A stretch of 64,000 nucleotides of DNA from Blastocladiella emersonii ATCC 22665 (taxonomy: Eukaryota > Fungi > Blastocladiomycota): positions 1,426,001-1,490,000 of the forward strand of contig JANHCV010000005.1 of the NCBI GenBank assembly GCA_025594325.1, in the 5' to 3' direction. Below the pieces are notes generated by a model. That model worked only from the letters and a program-made list of their open reading frames with translations, ran no database searches and was not told the origin of the DNA. Made by a program: the position numbers and the translations under genes. This document shows, in pieces, positions 11,484 through 24,450 of the stretch (position 1 is its first letter; every line of letters starts with the position of its first letter).

Positions 11484-12806
11484 TCAACAAGTACTAGACT
11501 TGGGCTGGCGCGCCTCGAGGCCCGCATCGCGCCACCACTGTGCGATCCGACCGAAACCGAGCTGTTGCGCGTACTGCTGGGCGCACTGGGTGTGGTTGCT
11601 GCCGAGCGCGAGCGTGATGCCTGAGTCGAGCCACCACCGAAGTCGTGCGATCGCTTGCGCTTCGTCGTCGCCTTGATCCACGACTGACCAGCCAAGTGGG
11701 CAAATGAACTCGTCGCGCGGGAGGTTTTCGAGAAACCAATCAAGGACCACAATTTGGTTGCGCTTGCTCGCATAGCCGACCATGTAGTGCCAAAAGCGTC
11801 CGTAGGAAGTGTTGGCCTGCACGACCGCGTCGCAATTCTTGTCGGTGATTTCCTTGTTGGATTCGTTCGGATCGCCACGCTCGAAAAACTCGTAACCGCA
11901 GTCGCCCTCGTCGTCCGCACTTTGGATTGCGTCAACTCCGTACAACTTGTTGTCTCGGCCACGCGCACAAGCGCTTTTGAGGCTGTGGTCGGGAACCGTG
12001 TGGTAGATCCAAGCAAGGAACTTGGTGTCGCCGTGGTCAATCGCATCGCGAGCAAACTCGGTCCAGTCGGCGGTCTCGAGGACGTGGCGGTAGCAGGGGA
12101 ATAAAACACCGCATTCCTTGAAAACCTTGACGCTCCTGTAAGCAAGGGTCTCGAGCGTCAGCTCGTAGACAAAACCGTCCTCGGTCCGGTGCTCGACGTC
12201 GAATTCGAGAAGCCGCTTGAGCATCTCCGTGTCCTCGAGGGAAATGGCATGATAGAACGTCGCCTCCGCAATTTTGACGTCGAGGCCGCAGTTTGCCCAC
12301 CAATCAAGCACCTCAAACTGCCTGCCACGCGCAGCCATGTGAATGCCGGTTATCATTGGGTGACCGCCGAAAACACAGTTCTCCGCAAACCACTGCAAGA
12401 CCGCGATATGGCCGTGAAATGAGGCCAGTGCCACATAACGGTCGGAGAGGATGGTATACTCGCCTGCATCGAGCCACTGCTTCAGTATGTCAACGCGGCC
12501 TGTGGCGCAGCATAGAGAAACCAAGTAGAGGGCTTCGATCATATCTGTCAAGGGTAGCATTTGGCGGTACTTGAGGAGGGCGTTCCAGGTCGCTTCGTCG
12601 TGGCGATAGTGAAGATCCCACATGCGCTCGTGGAGAGAAAATTGCAAGACAACGCGGCGCAGTCGAGTGAGCCCTGGGGCGACGCGGAGAAGCGGGAGCG
12701 GGTCCGTGTCGCGAACGTCATTGAGGACGGCGTGAACGAGTATGGTCTCGACGATCTCGATCGGTAAACGTTGCATGAGCTTCCATCCGACAGTTTGGTG
12801 TTTCAT
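11484..12806 (-). CDS. F-box-like plus ankyrin-like repeat protein (intronless, lower GC)
   Basis: LPIEIVETIL, followed by repeats CCATGRVDILKQWL, ASFHGHIAVLQWF, AARGRQFEVLDWW, ASKRNQIVVLDWF. Confidence 0.7.
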   Translation of the reverse strand: MKHQTVGWKLMQRLPIEIVETILVHAVLNDVRDTDPLPLLRVAPGLTRLRRVVLQFSLHERMWDLHYRHDEATWNALLKYRQMLPLTDMIEALYLVSLCCATGRVDILKQWLDAGEYTILSDRYVALASFHGHIAVLQWFAENCVFGGHPMITGIHMAARGRQFEVLDWWANCGLDVKIAEATFYHAISLEDTEMLKRLLEFDVEHRTEDGFVYELTLETLAYRSVKVFKECGVLFPCYRHVLETADWTEFARDAIDHGDTKFLAWIYHTVPDHSLKSACARGRDNKLYGVDAIQSADDEGDCGYEFFERGDPNESNKEITDKNCDAVVQANTSYGRFWHYMVGYASKRNQIVVLDWFLENLPRDEFICPLGWSVVDQGDDEAQAIARLRWWLDSGITLALGSNHTQCAQQYAQQLGFGRIAQWWRDAGLEARQPKSSTC

Positions 12807-13463
12807 GGTTGTTGACGTGTGGTCAAGAGAGCCGGGAGGCCGCCGGTTCGGCGCTCCGACGATCGACCAAGCGGGTCGAGGGACTTCAGCCACTCACGTT
12901 TCTGAAACGTGATGTCTCACAGACTTTCGCGACGCGCCGTCCGGCCGAGCCGCTTTCAGCAAGTTGCTCTACCGGCCTCCAGCGCGTTGTGCGCTTTGAG
13001 GCACGGCGGGCAATGCAAAAGAATAACTTATTTGACCCTGCCCTGATCTTGTCTTGATCTGCGAGGTGAAGGGACCTGTCAAGTCAGACAGAGCAACTTG
13101 TGCTCTCCGTGCGAAAACAAAGCGCGGCGGCTCTCGTGACGCACGCTCCTCGACAATCCCTAGCACATGTACTTGAAGCACACGACTGCAAGCAAATCAA
13201 GGCTCACGTGAGTGGCGCATCGCGTCTTGGATCAAGTCGGTCGGTGCGGATTCTTGCATACAGAGCCCGCCGGCATTTACCAGCAGTTTTCGCGAAGGAC
13301 GCGAGACTTCATTACTTGTTCCTCCACGCGCTCATCGTGAGGTAGCTTAACCGTTCAGCTGCTTGTCACAATTTGCTTCAGCTTTCTGAACCCTTTCCCT
13401 CGCTTCAACAATGCTACAGCAAGAAATTTAGAGAATGAAACATATTATCCAAAGTGAGAAAAT

Positions 13464-16400
13464 CTAGGCCGTCGGGAATAACGGGAAAAGAATGGAACGC
13501 TTGAACTCTGGCTTGAGCACCGCAAACGCGGCGGCCGTCGCAGGGATCCGCATTGGGTACAGGTTCGCGTCAGGGATCGAGTGGTCAACCGTGGCCGCGT
13601 GGCCAAACTCGAGGTACTCGACGATCGCGTCAAAGTGGTCGCCCAACTGGCCAATCGCGGGGACTTGAGTCCGCTGTAAGCGACGGTACGCGGCCTCGGC
13701 GTTGTCTGCAAGGCAGCGGAACTTCTTCACCTGCGCTCGCGTGGCGGTGGACGAGGTCGATTTCGAAGGCAGAGCTGGGATAATGAAGTAGCTGATATCG
13801 AGGACCAGGGTGGCTCCAAGCGCCTTGCCCTGGGGCGCGAGCACGGCCGGGCGATTGAGAAAAATGAAAGCAAAAGCGCTGAGGTCAGCGGCCACAAGCT
13901 TGGTGACAAAGGCGCCAAAATTCGTCTCGCTCCGCATGCGTAGATCCGAAAACAAGCATTTGAGAGCCATGGCGCTGCGCGCGCCGAGGTTGCTCATGTC
14001 GCGGGCGAGAGGCGGGAAAGTATAGTTGCCACGTGCGTCCGGGAGCTCAGCGTCGGTGAACATGAGCTTGGTCGGCACCAGCGCAATTCGGTAGATGTGA
14101 CTTGAGACGGGCCGGCGACCCATGGTTGGCGGCAGCACGATCTGCGGAATGAGCGGGCCAAGGCCAAGCAAGGGACGCACCGCCCCCACAATCAGCTCGA
14201 TCATGACGCTCACGGTGCGCGAAGAAAGGTTGATTTCGACGGTATTCGCCTGAGCCAAATATGGAACCCGGACAAGCTGCAGTTTGCCGTCGACGTAGAG
14301 AGCAATGGCGCCGCGGTGCTGGGCAAGCTCTGCCGGGGAAGCGGGCTTCACGCGCACCTTGTCGCGACCAGCGGGCAAATGAAGCAACAGCTGTGCTACG
14401 TTGTGAGAAAGCACCCCAAAGTGAGAGACTGGAAGGTGCCACGCTGCCGGACGCGAGATACTGGCCGGACAAGCGGACGCTGTGGACTCCATGATTCCGC
14501 GAATCGCAGCCTGCTGGTTTGCAAGAGGAACCTGCGTCAGCTGGGTCGAGTAAAGGCTAAGCTCGCTGCTGATGGCCATTGGTTCGGCGTCAACCGCTTC
14601 GTCAGCCCGCATGAGAGCCGGGGAAGCTTCAAGAACGCATCGGGTGTCGCGCTCCAGCAAGTGGTGTCCGTGCATGTACCAAGTGACATGAATAATGCCG
14701 CGCGAGACGTCGTGCGAAACGCGAAGAGATTTGAAGACTGTCTCCTCATCGGGCGCAATCAGGCGGACTTGAAGGCGCGCCGCGGGGCAAGGCAGCGACG
14801 TGGACGGACGAAGCGTAAAGGCGGCCTTGGCGCTGTAAACAAACTCGAAGTCGCCGTCTGGATCCGCGAGACCTTCGGACCCGTTTTCAAGTCCAAGAAT
14901 GGCTCGCTCCGAGTAGCGACCAGCGCTGGAGCTGTAGTTGGTGAGCAAGAGCATGAACGTGGTCATGTGCGGATCCCTGTCCGGGACAAGGTTCGGTTGC
15001 GGCCAAGGAAGCGTGCAGTAAGGAGTCGCACCGCTCCATACAAGGCGAGCGCTAGCGAGAGCGTATGCGAAAAGCTTCACTATCAGGGCATCCGTGGAAA
15101 GGGAGCCGCCTAATTTGGTGCGACTTGTTCTTTAGCGGCAGTCGCAACTCGGAACAACATCAGAATGAACGCACCATAAATGTAAGCAGGTGAAGAGTGA
15201 GATCCCTGGCACATGGTTACAAGCCTAACAAGCTCCACCATCAAGTCGGCAGAATCGATCAAGGACGCGGGAATGGTGGGCTGCTCGAGCTTGCGGAACG
15301 TGTACTGCCGAAATGGCAATACTTGGGACTTGGCACACCCCGCCGGGGCAAACGGCTGCACGCGCGAGTGCCAGCTGTCAAAGTTCGCTTCACCGGTCTC
15401 GCACAGCGCGACACCAAAGAGGACAGGTAGTTTCGATACAGTCAAGCCAAGCGAGTATTCGAGAGCCTTGACGGCGCCATCGTTACGGTAGGGCTGCTGG
15501 TTCGAACACACGCGCAAAATCGAACGATCGCCGGTGTGGGCATCGTTGTGCTTGAGGACGGCCGAGCCGTGCAGAAGCAAGTTGAGAAGCCCGCATTGAT
15601 CAGCCAAGGTTGACGTTTCGATCACGTCGAAGCGACGCGCGGGGTCAGCGGCAAGCTCCTCCATAACAAGGACAGCGTCTCCGAGGTAGAATATAAGCTG
15701 GTGCGCCGGCGAATTCGGTGCGTCGGCTCCAAACGCGGTACGAAGCGCGCCCGTCCACTTGGCAAGCTGCTGCATGACGCCATGCTCGATGCTCTGGGTA
15801 GTCACGTCCATGAAAATCCCAGCAAGCTGCGCACCAAGGGTCGAGGTTGCTGAAGAGCCAATGTAAAAAGTTGGGTTCATGACGGCGGCTGAGCGCGCGT
15901 TAAAGGCATGCTGGCCCCGCGGCCGAAGTTGCTTGCGGTGGTTGCCGGTAAAGTAAACATTTTCATCAACTAGCCTCTCGCTCTCGCAAGCGAGGCGCGC
16001 TTCACCGGAAAAGCCGGTAATATCGGTGTTCCCGAGATGGAGCGCCGCCTGAGTCTGGCAGATGAGAACGTCGCGAGCGGTGACAATGGGCTTGCTCTCG
16101 TGCTGTGGTGAGCCGAGATCGCGATCCTTGTGAAGCTTCTGGAGATCCGATACATTGTTCGCGAGAAGTCGAGCGCGAGCGGCGATTTGGTCGTTTAAGG
16201 AGGGAGGCAAGTTGTCCTGCGTGAGCCAAGTATGGTAACAGTCGCGAACAGCTTGCAGCGTCGCCTCGTTTGCGACGCGGACTCGCGAAGACGGTGAGAG
16301 CCAGTCATAGCGATAGCAATGGCTCATATGTTCGAGCCAGAACTCGTATGCCTCGTCCTCGAGGTACTCCGAAAACCACAGCTGGCCGATGAAGCGGTCA

Positions 16401-16729
16401 AGACTCGCACAGTCAAGCGACGGGTGCATGAGGGCGTGGAAAATCAAGAGCGAGCGCGCGATCGGCTCGGGGCGCAGGTCGTTGAGCGTGAACGACATGG
16501 CGGCGCGCGAGCCCTTGCGCCCAGCCTCGCCAAGCGTGTGCGCGACCGAGCGCAAGTCGTTGAAGCCGCATAAAAGTGCATGCAAGGTACGACCGTCGAC
16601 ACTGGCATCGTGGTAGAGGAACACGTCGGTGGGATGCGAGTCGCGGAACGGATCGAAATGTTCGGCCGGGTCCGCGTATACGATCGCCACGCTCGTTTGC
16701 GTCGGCATAAAGGGTGACGCAGAAACCAT
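13464..16729 (-). CDS. DUF4470-like protein (family usually associated with a MYND finger); two ORFs joined by a predicted intron 15110-15174
   Basis: LLCGFNDLRSV, FTLNDLRPEPIARSLLI and FDVIETSTLADQCGLLNLL match DUF4470-type motifs. The intron GTGCGT...GCTAAA...TAG joins the two ORFs in frame. Confidence 0.65.
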
Positions 16730-18719
16730 TGCAGCAAGTTACTTCATCAGTTTTGCATAGCAGATCGTGGTTGAGGGAGGAGCGAGAGCAGCCGGGGTCC
16801 GTGGGAAACGAGTGAAGGGTGGCGGATCGCGGTCCCACGTGTTGCGCCGGGTTGCGTCTTACCCCGTATCTCGACTCGTGCAGGGTCGAGTCACCCAGCG
16901 CGATACCCGGCATCAGCAAGTCCAAGAGCGCACCCGCTTGCCGTCAGCGTATACACCCGAGCCACGCGTCGACAGGAAGAAGACAGGGCGCTGGAACTCG
17001 CGCGGCGCGGAGCGAGCGCGGGCGGGGTCCCCACGCGGGTGATCCTTGCGCTCGCTGCATCGGCGAAGAACTGCCCAGTCGGCAGATGTCGGTGCAGCGA
17101 GTGACGGTGTATGTTCATTCGACTGGCCCGTGGGAAACGGCTCGCAAGGAGTCGCGCCTCTCACCGTGACTGCGACGCGACGCGACGCGACGCGTCTTCA
17201 AACAATCGCGGCCGATGAGTTGCGAGTGCGACGCTGGTCGGTCTCTCTCTCAAGTCCACGGATTGAATACATGAAGCAAGATGTAAGGCTGGTCTCTCTG
17301 CACCGCACGTCAGCGCAGACATGCAGTGCAGCCGGGCCACGGGTAGCGGTGCCCCCCGAACGCTGGATCGGGCGGTCGGAGCCGGTCGCGAGTAAGCGCA
17401 GGTAGATGAGATGACGATGCGAGTGGCCGCGGAAACCGTGGGCGGTGACCGACGGGGTTGGCCATGTGAGCGGCCTCATGTCCAGAGCGAGCCGGCGGCG
17501 GCGGCGCCTCGTCGGCGTGCGTTCGCGTCCCGTCGCCGACTCGTCGCGTCGCACGTCGTGTTTGAAGTCACTCGGGAGACGACCGCGCTCACTGTCGTCA
17601 CCGAGGCCGGCAAACGGCGGCCACGGCGCACCGAGTCGACATGCGGACGCGGCAGCCCCCGAGGACACCGTTGCAGGCAGTTGCTCAGCTTTATGCGGTG
17701 TATTATGCCCTCATGACGCCTGTGAACGCGCCGGCGAGGCGAAAGCTCGGGGAGAGGGGGCTGCCATGAGAAGGGAGTGTGTGGGAGTGCGCTCCGCCAC
17801 GCCAACTGCGGTGATGCAATGTGGCGTAACGCGTCGATCGCGCGTGCCGAGACGCAGTCCCTTCTCGACGCCACGGCACGGGGGCACGCGGTAGTTCGGG
17901 TGCCGATGAGAGTGACTTGATGTAACGCATCGGACTCGATGCTGGGGTGGCGCGAGGTGAAAGTCGTCGTGTCACAAAATCACGCCAGCGTCACGTTTTG
18001 TCTCACGGCTGCGGGTGACGCGTCCGCGGGTGCACCGGCCACGCTTGCCTCCCGAAACGCGACGCGTCGGAGATTCGACGCGTCAAGTAACTTGTTCTCT
18101 CGCCACATGCCTTGACTCCTTTGCGTGCAATGTCATCGACTCTCCGCCTTCCACCACGCGCTTCACCACGCGCAACCGCTCGACGTGCTCGCGGCCCGTA
18201 CCCCGATCCACGCGTAACAACCCGCGCGGGCGGACCGCTGGCTCAACGGGGCCGGGTCCTGCGTATCATGGCCGTTTGTCGCACGACGAGTGGCACGGGC
18301 AGCGCGACGGTCGCAACACCGGGCACTCCAGGCCCGTGCACCAGCACTAGTGCAAGGCCGGTATGCCGAGGGTCCAGGCCGTCGCTCGGACCCGGAACTG
18401 ACCTGCGCGTCCGCCCGTTTATGCCGGGTGGTCCTGGCCACATCTCGTCTGCATCCCGAGCGTCGCGTCCTCGGTCGTACTCGGCAACTGCGCGTCCGGT
18501 ACGCCAAGTGCACGCGCCGGATGTCTGCTGACACGACGCGTTTCCGTCCAGACGGCGACGGCTCAAGGAGATCCTGGGCATGGCCGGCCGAGCCCACGAC
18601 TGCCTGCAGCTGAACTCATCAACCTCGCGTCCGGTACCACGTCAGCCCGGTGCGTGTTCCTGTCCGTGGCGCTCTCTCCGCGCATGCGTCGCCTCGCGTT
18701 GTGCTCGCCGAGTGAACCC

Positions 18720-21700
18720 CACGCCAAGATGCAGGTCAAGCTCGACGCGGATCGCGTATCAACGGCGAGCGGTTCGGTACGCGGGTGCTCGAGCCACATT
18801 GCGCGGCTTGCACTGACATGAGCGTCGGTTCCCGTGTAGCAGCGACTTCAAACCCCCCTCTCGGCCGCGCCGATGGCGGCTGTTCCGTTACGTCCATGTG
18901 CCGCTCACGTCTTGCCTGTACTCTTCTTCGCAACAACCTCGCTTCCCGACTTGACCTCACTGCACGGTGGTACGTGTCCATGGCCTCGTCGCGACTGCCA
19001 TTCCCGCTCACGACCATCCGTCCGTTTGATATAGCCGCCGCGTGGCTACGCGCGCGCGAGGTCAAGGCCCGAGTCGTTCCGCTACGCTGCTACGATGCGT
19101 CAAGGCGACCGTGCTCACGGTCGGCGTACGGTATCCAGCTCGAGCCTGCGGCACGAGTGCAAGATAGCGGCGTACATTGCCTGGAATGGGACGTGTCGTT
19201 TCGTCGCTCGCCGCGGAACATGACTGATCATCACTCACATCTTGATGCTTCCTTTCACCAGACCGTTGTCGTGTCTCCCAATCCAACAGCTGGCGCTCCT
19301 CCGCGGCAACACACGGTGAACGAGTAACCGTACGCACGCGCTCAAGGTCGGCATCGGCGCGGGCCAGAGTGCGCACGAGAAGGTCGGCGCTCGCTCGAGA
19401 ACTCGCTGCTGATCGAGATCGAGATCGAGGTCGAGGGCGCGACCATGGCCGTGCCTTGGGTCGCTAGCCGCGGGCCGATTGGCGAGCGACCGTGGGCAGC
19501 TCAAGCTGGCCGTCACCGTCTCCTAGGTCGAGCTCACGCGCCGGGCACAATCTGAGCGCGAGTGGCTGGCGGCTAACGTGCGGTACGCGGGGATTCCGTC
19601 GCCATCCGCAGACTCATGACGCGTCGCTCGAATCTAGGGCGAGGTCGACGCCACGACTACCGCCACAAGAGGCGCCGCTGGGCCTCGCTCCTTCGACAAC
19701 CGCCAGCGAGCAGCAGCAGTGGGGCAGCCTGCAGGACTCGGACTCGAGCCAGCGACACTCGCACCGTGGCCCTGTCTGTCAAGCACGTCCGGCCGAGTCG
19801 CGACGCGAGCCACCTTCAGTCAGCGGCGAGCGACGAGGGCGCAGGTCATCGTCGACCTGGGACGTGTCATTCCTCTGGATCCTTCACCCGCACACACGGA
19901 TCATCACTCATCGCTGCTCTGCGCTCTAGAAGCCCGCTTCGTGCTTCGCCCGAGTACTTTCGACAGCTGGACAGCTCTCGGACCTTTGCGGGCACGTCAT
20001 GACCATCACCTGCGCCCGCCTCGCGTTACCCTCTTACCGGCCCTCCACGTCGATTCAGTTCAATCACTCGTTGCCGTGGCCGGGCTCGCCGCCGCCGCAC
20101 GGACGGGTGGGCGGTGGCAATACCACGGGGGTACGCTGCAGATTGATCACCCCGTCGCGGGAAATGACGCATCGCTCGGGTGTAGGGAGTGCACGATCCA
20201 CGGCAGCAACGAGCCGCTCGACACTGGGCTTCCGAACGGCGGCGAACCTGGTACGCCGCGCCTTCCTCCTCTGATCAAGCCCTCGCCCAAAACCGTAACC
20301 GCTGACATTCGTTCCCGGTCACTGACAGATGCTACGGTTCATCGCTCGGCCCGATCTGGTCGAACGCGCGCATCGCCGTGCTGACGCGAGGCCTCTGCAG
20401 AGTATCGCGCATTGAGCGCTCGCAACCAGCGTGCCTCGTACACAGCCTTGCCGTCCCCATCTCCGAGTAACCTATACGCCGAACGAGAAGGTCAAGGCTC
20501 AACGAGTACCACGAATCAACAGCAGCTCGGTACGCGTGGCCAAAAGTATCGCGCGACGTGTACTGACTCGCGCGACTGACTGCATCCGTGTAGCTCAATC
20601 GACCGGCCATCGGGCTTCTTCTTTCCTCGCTCGACTCGTACAGCATGCCGCTCGACCTTGCCAGAGCGAGCACTCGAGACGGCGACATCCATCACCTGGC
20701 ATGGGACGTGTCGTTCACCTTGTCGCTTGGTCGCCACAGTACGTCACAACACTGCTGAATGACCGATCACTCACATTTTGCTCGTGGGTGTAGCTCGTCT
20801 ACTTCCTCACCGTAACCTCGTCGCATCTCTCGATCCATCTGCAGCTACCTCCATGGGCGACACTCGGGGACACTCGACGACCGAGAGCCAGGACGCGCGC
20901 GCGCTCAAGGGCGGCAGCATCGGTGCGGGCGAGTTCGATCGCGCTCAAGAACTCGCTGGTCCAGATCCAGCAGGACGCGACCATGGCCATGATCATGGCC
21001 ATCGTGGCTTGGGCCGCAGACCGCACGGCGAGCAGTAGCAGCTCAAGCTGGCCACCATCAACTCCGAGATCACGCTGACGCGCAGTGGGCAAGCCGGCCA
21101 GGCCGTCAAGCGACTCTGGCCATGACGCGACGTGATCCAGGCCGAGTCGGGGGTGGCGGCGGGCCGCGGGCGGCGGGCGGCGCAGGCCGTCGTCAACCTG
21201 GGACGTGTCATCGCGCTGGATCCCTCACTCGCGCGGACACGGACGATCGCTCACGCGACTCGCTCGCTCGATCACCGCGCTGCTCTAGAAACCCACCGTG
21301 TGTCTCGACCGCATTGTATCAACAACTCGACCATTCTCGAAGTTTGAATGATCGTCGTCTCGGCCGTGGCCATCGCGTGCGTTCGCGTCGTGATCCTGCC
21401 CCGGCCAGCGCTCCTCCACGTCAATCCAGGGCAACGTCGCACCGCCGCTGCAGCAGCAAGGCCCATCCGGGTCTGGCGGTGGTAGCGGTACTACAACGAA
21501 GGTATGCTACGGATCGACTACCGCGTCACGGGAAATGACGCGTTGCTCGGTTCTAGTAGACAGCCAGCTCGCCATGTACACGGCCTCGGGCGGCGGTGTT
21601 CCTGCTCCACGGTTTCCGCAGCCCCTGTGCGTGTCTCGACAACAACGACTACCTCACGCTCGTCCGCCCGCCAAATGATCTCCTCCTTGCTGACAAGGTC

Positions 21701-24450
21701 GACCTCGACGTGGGCCGCGTCTCCAGTAGCAACTAGCTCGGGTTCCGGTACGTGTGGCGTGGTCTCGACCATCACACGACTCGCACTAATACGCGACCGC
21801 ATCCGTGTAGCTAAGTCGACCAACTCGACGCGACTCATCTCGTTCCTTGCGTCCTCGGTCACGTTTGGCGGCGCCTTTGCTACTTCCGGTACGCCAAAGG
21901 CACGCTTCCTGGCGTCTGCTGACGCTAATCGCATCGTTACAGACCACCTAAAACAACATCAAGAAGACTTTCGGCGGCTCCACCTCCTCGAGTTGGAACG
22001 GTACGTGTCCTGTTCTCACTCGCGGCGCTCTCATCGAAAAGGCGTCGCTTTGCGCTCGTCATCCAGCTGTCCAGTTTGTTTCGCGTTACGGCCTCAAGTT
22101 CTCGACGGACCGTTTGCACGTCCGGCTCCCGAGTCCGGCCAGCCATGTCGCTCGATGGCGACGACGACGCGAACACGCGCTCGCCGAGGCGATCCGGGTG
22201 CTGAGATGCAGGTCAAGCTCAACGCGGATCGCGTAGATCCCGGTACAGCAGCAGCAGCTTGGTGACGGTGCGCGCGTGTTCACAAAAGATCCGTCGCTCG
22301 GCTCAATACTGACCTGGGTCGACGGCTTCCGCGTAGCAGCAACGACATCAAGCTCGCACTCGGGCGTGCTGGCCGCGGCGTCGGCCGGCTGTTCCGCGAC
22401 CATCAACTGCTCCTCGTGTTTCTCGCCCAGTTCTCGCAGCAAGGTCGCTTCCTCCAGACATTTACTTCAAGCATGGCGGCGGCGGCGCTACGTGTCCATG
22501 GCCTCTTCGTGGTCGCCATGCCCTCATCGCTCACTCACGACGACCGACCGTGTAGTCGACAGTGCGCGGCTGCTCGCGGAGGTTGTGCGCGCAAGTTCGA
22601 GGGACCGAATCGCTCGACTACTACGGCAGCACGCTACAACGACGCCTCAAGTCGGCCGCGCTCGACGCTCACGTTCAACGTACGGCATGACGCTCGACGC
22701 CCGACTGACCGCGCAGCAGCGCAGCGCGAGTTCAGGACGGCGGGCGGCGTACATTGCCCTGCATGGATGGTACATGTCGTCGTCGTTTCGCGTCAGTGGG
22801 CCACGGAACTATCACCGGTGATCACTCACATCTTGCTGTCGCTGCTGCACTTCACCAGATCATCGCCGTGTCCCGCGCTCGAGGCGCTGGCGCTTCACGG
22901 CGACACAACACTCGACCGAGAGCCAGCACGCGCGCGTTCAAGGGCGGCATCATCGGGCGTGGGCCAGCTTGCGCTCATTGAGAAACTCGACACGCACACA
23001 CACTGGTTCGAGGAATTGCTCGCTGATCGAGATCCGGCGCGCGGCCATGGCGATGGTCATGGTCACGATGATGACTCGCTCGGGCCGCGGGTCGTCCACG
23101 AGGGAGCAGCAGTCCAAGCTGGCCATCGTCGTTTTCCCCCAAGACCACGCGCACCGAATTCAAGCCGACCAAGCGTTAGCTTACGCTACGCGCAAGGTGC
23201 TCGCTGCCACCCACAGAATCGTGACTGAAGCGTCGCTCGAAGCTAGGGCGAGTAAGACTCTACGACTTCGCAACCGACTGACACTACACGCGCCGCCGGG
23301 TCGGGGTCGGGCCGGGCCTCACGTACTCGTCGCCCTCGTCGAAGCTCAACTTCCCCCTCTGCGACGACTTCAAGCGGCAGGGCGCCTCGATGTCAGTCGC
23401 TCCAGTACCGCGACGCCTGCCGCCATCTCGATCATCGACTGCGGTCCATGGCCAAGCTCACACTCAACACGGTGCTCTCAAAAATTGCGACTCGGCTTCT
23501 GCAACTCGAATTCCGCGATTTCTGCGACAACACCACGCGCGCGTGGTGGTCTTCCCCGTTGGTCAACGACCACCAAGCTCCGGCCAGCCACAACATGACA
23601 CGCCGTGACGCGACGCGAACGACCAGCTCAAGTACGCGCTGCGCTACGGGGTCACAGGTCAACGTCAATCTGGGACGTGTCGCGCTGGATCTCTCGTTCG
23701 TGCGAACATGGCCGATCACTCACACATTGTTCGCTCGCCCTGCGTTCTGCGCTAGAAACCCATCGTGTGTGTGTGGCTCGACCAGGTACTCGCGCGACAG
23801 TCTGACTGGCCACTCTCTCGCGGCGAACGCTTCTGCTCCGTCGCCTCCGTGTCCATGGCCCATCGCGTGCGTCCGCGTCGTGATCCTGCCCTCGCGCCAG
23901 CGCTCCAAGTCGATCCAGGTCAACATCCTCACGCCGCTGATGTTGCCGTGTTCGCGTCCGCCGTCGGCGCGCCAACGGGCGGTGGTACTACTCCAAAGGT
24001 ACGCTACCGATTTCTTGTCGCCGCGTCGTCACGGGAAACTGACGCGTCGTTCGAGTCTAGAGGACGGGATTCCCCCAAACGGAGCACGGCCGGGGCTCTG
24101 TCAGCGCGCGACGGCAGCAGCAGCTACTACGGCACGCACTCGAGCGCGCATCTCGGCCGCATCTCGGCCGCGAGATCAAGGGCTACGACTCGATGATCAT
24201 CCGCAACCTCGGCTTCGTGCAGCAGCGGCCGCGGCCACGGCCACGAACTACGCCATCAAGATGAACGGCGGGATCGACTGCGAGCTCATCACGATCCACG
24301 AGAGACGACGACGACCTACGGCACCAACGAGTCGACCAACACTCAGCAGCACTCGAGCAGCAGACCTGGAACGTGGTGCCTTCTTCCTTCCTCCGATCAC
24401 ACTTGTGCGCGAGTCCGTGATCGCTGACATCTGTTCTCCGCGACCGTTGG
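18720..24450 (+). repeat. Three decayed tandem copies (about 18.7-20.3, 20.6-21.6 and 22.2-24.4 kb) of an unidentified intron-containing gene segment
   Basis: Colinear shared words: cag(c/t)(t/c)caagctggcc at 19497, 21039, 23110; ctgggacgtgtc at 19857, 21198, 23670; gggaaa(c)tgacgc near 20160, 21530, 24032; gatgcaggtcaagctc(g/a)acgcggatcgcgta near 18728 and 22205. Confidence 0.75.
21600..21980 (+). pseudogene. Pseudo-exons of an unidentified gene with intact splice signals and nonsense codons
   Basis: DLLLADKVDLDVGRVSSSN*LGFR, intron GTACGT...TAG, *VDQLDATHLVPCVLGHVWRRLCYFR, intron GTACGC...CAG. Confidence 0.45.

Noticed and set aside
15080-15112. DUF4470 ORF pair as stop-codon readthrough or programmed frameshift
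   Set aside because: The ORFs are out of frame and a canonical 65-nt intron explains the join.
19330-22960. HALKGG/HALKVG ghosts in the decayed repeats as an HPt domain, and NLGRVIALD as an ABC-ATPase motif
   Set aside because: Only 5-9 residue resemblances in frameshifted sequence; the second sits on what looks like a mutated splice donor.
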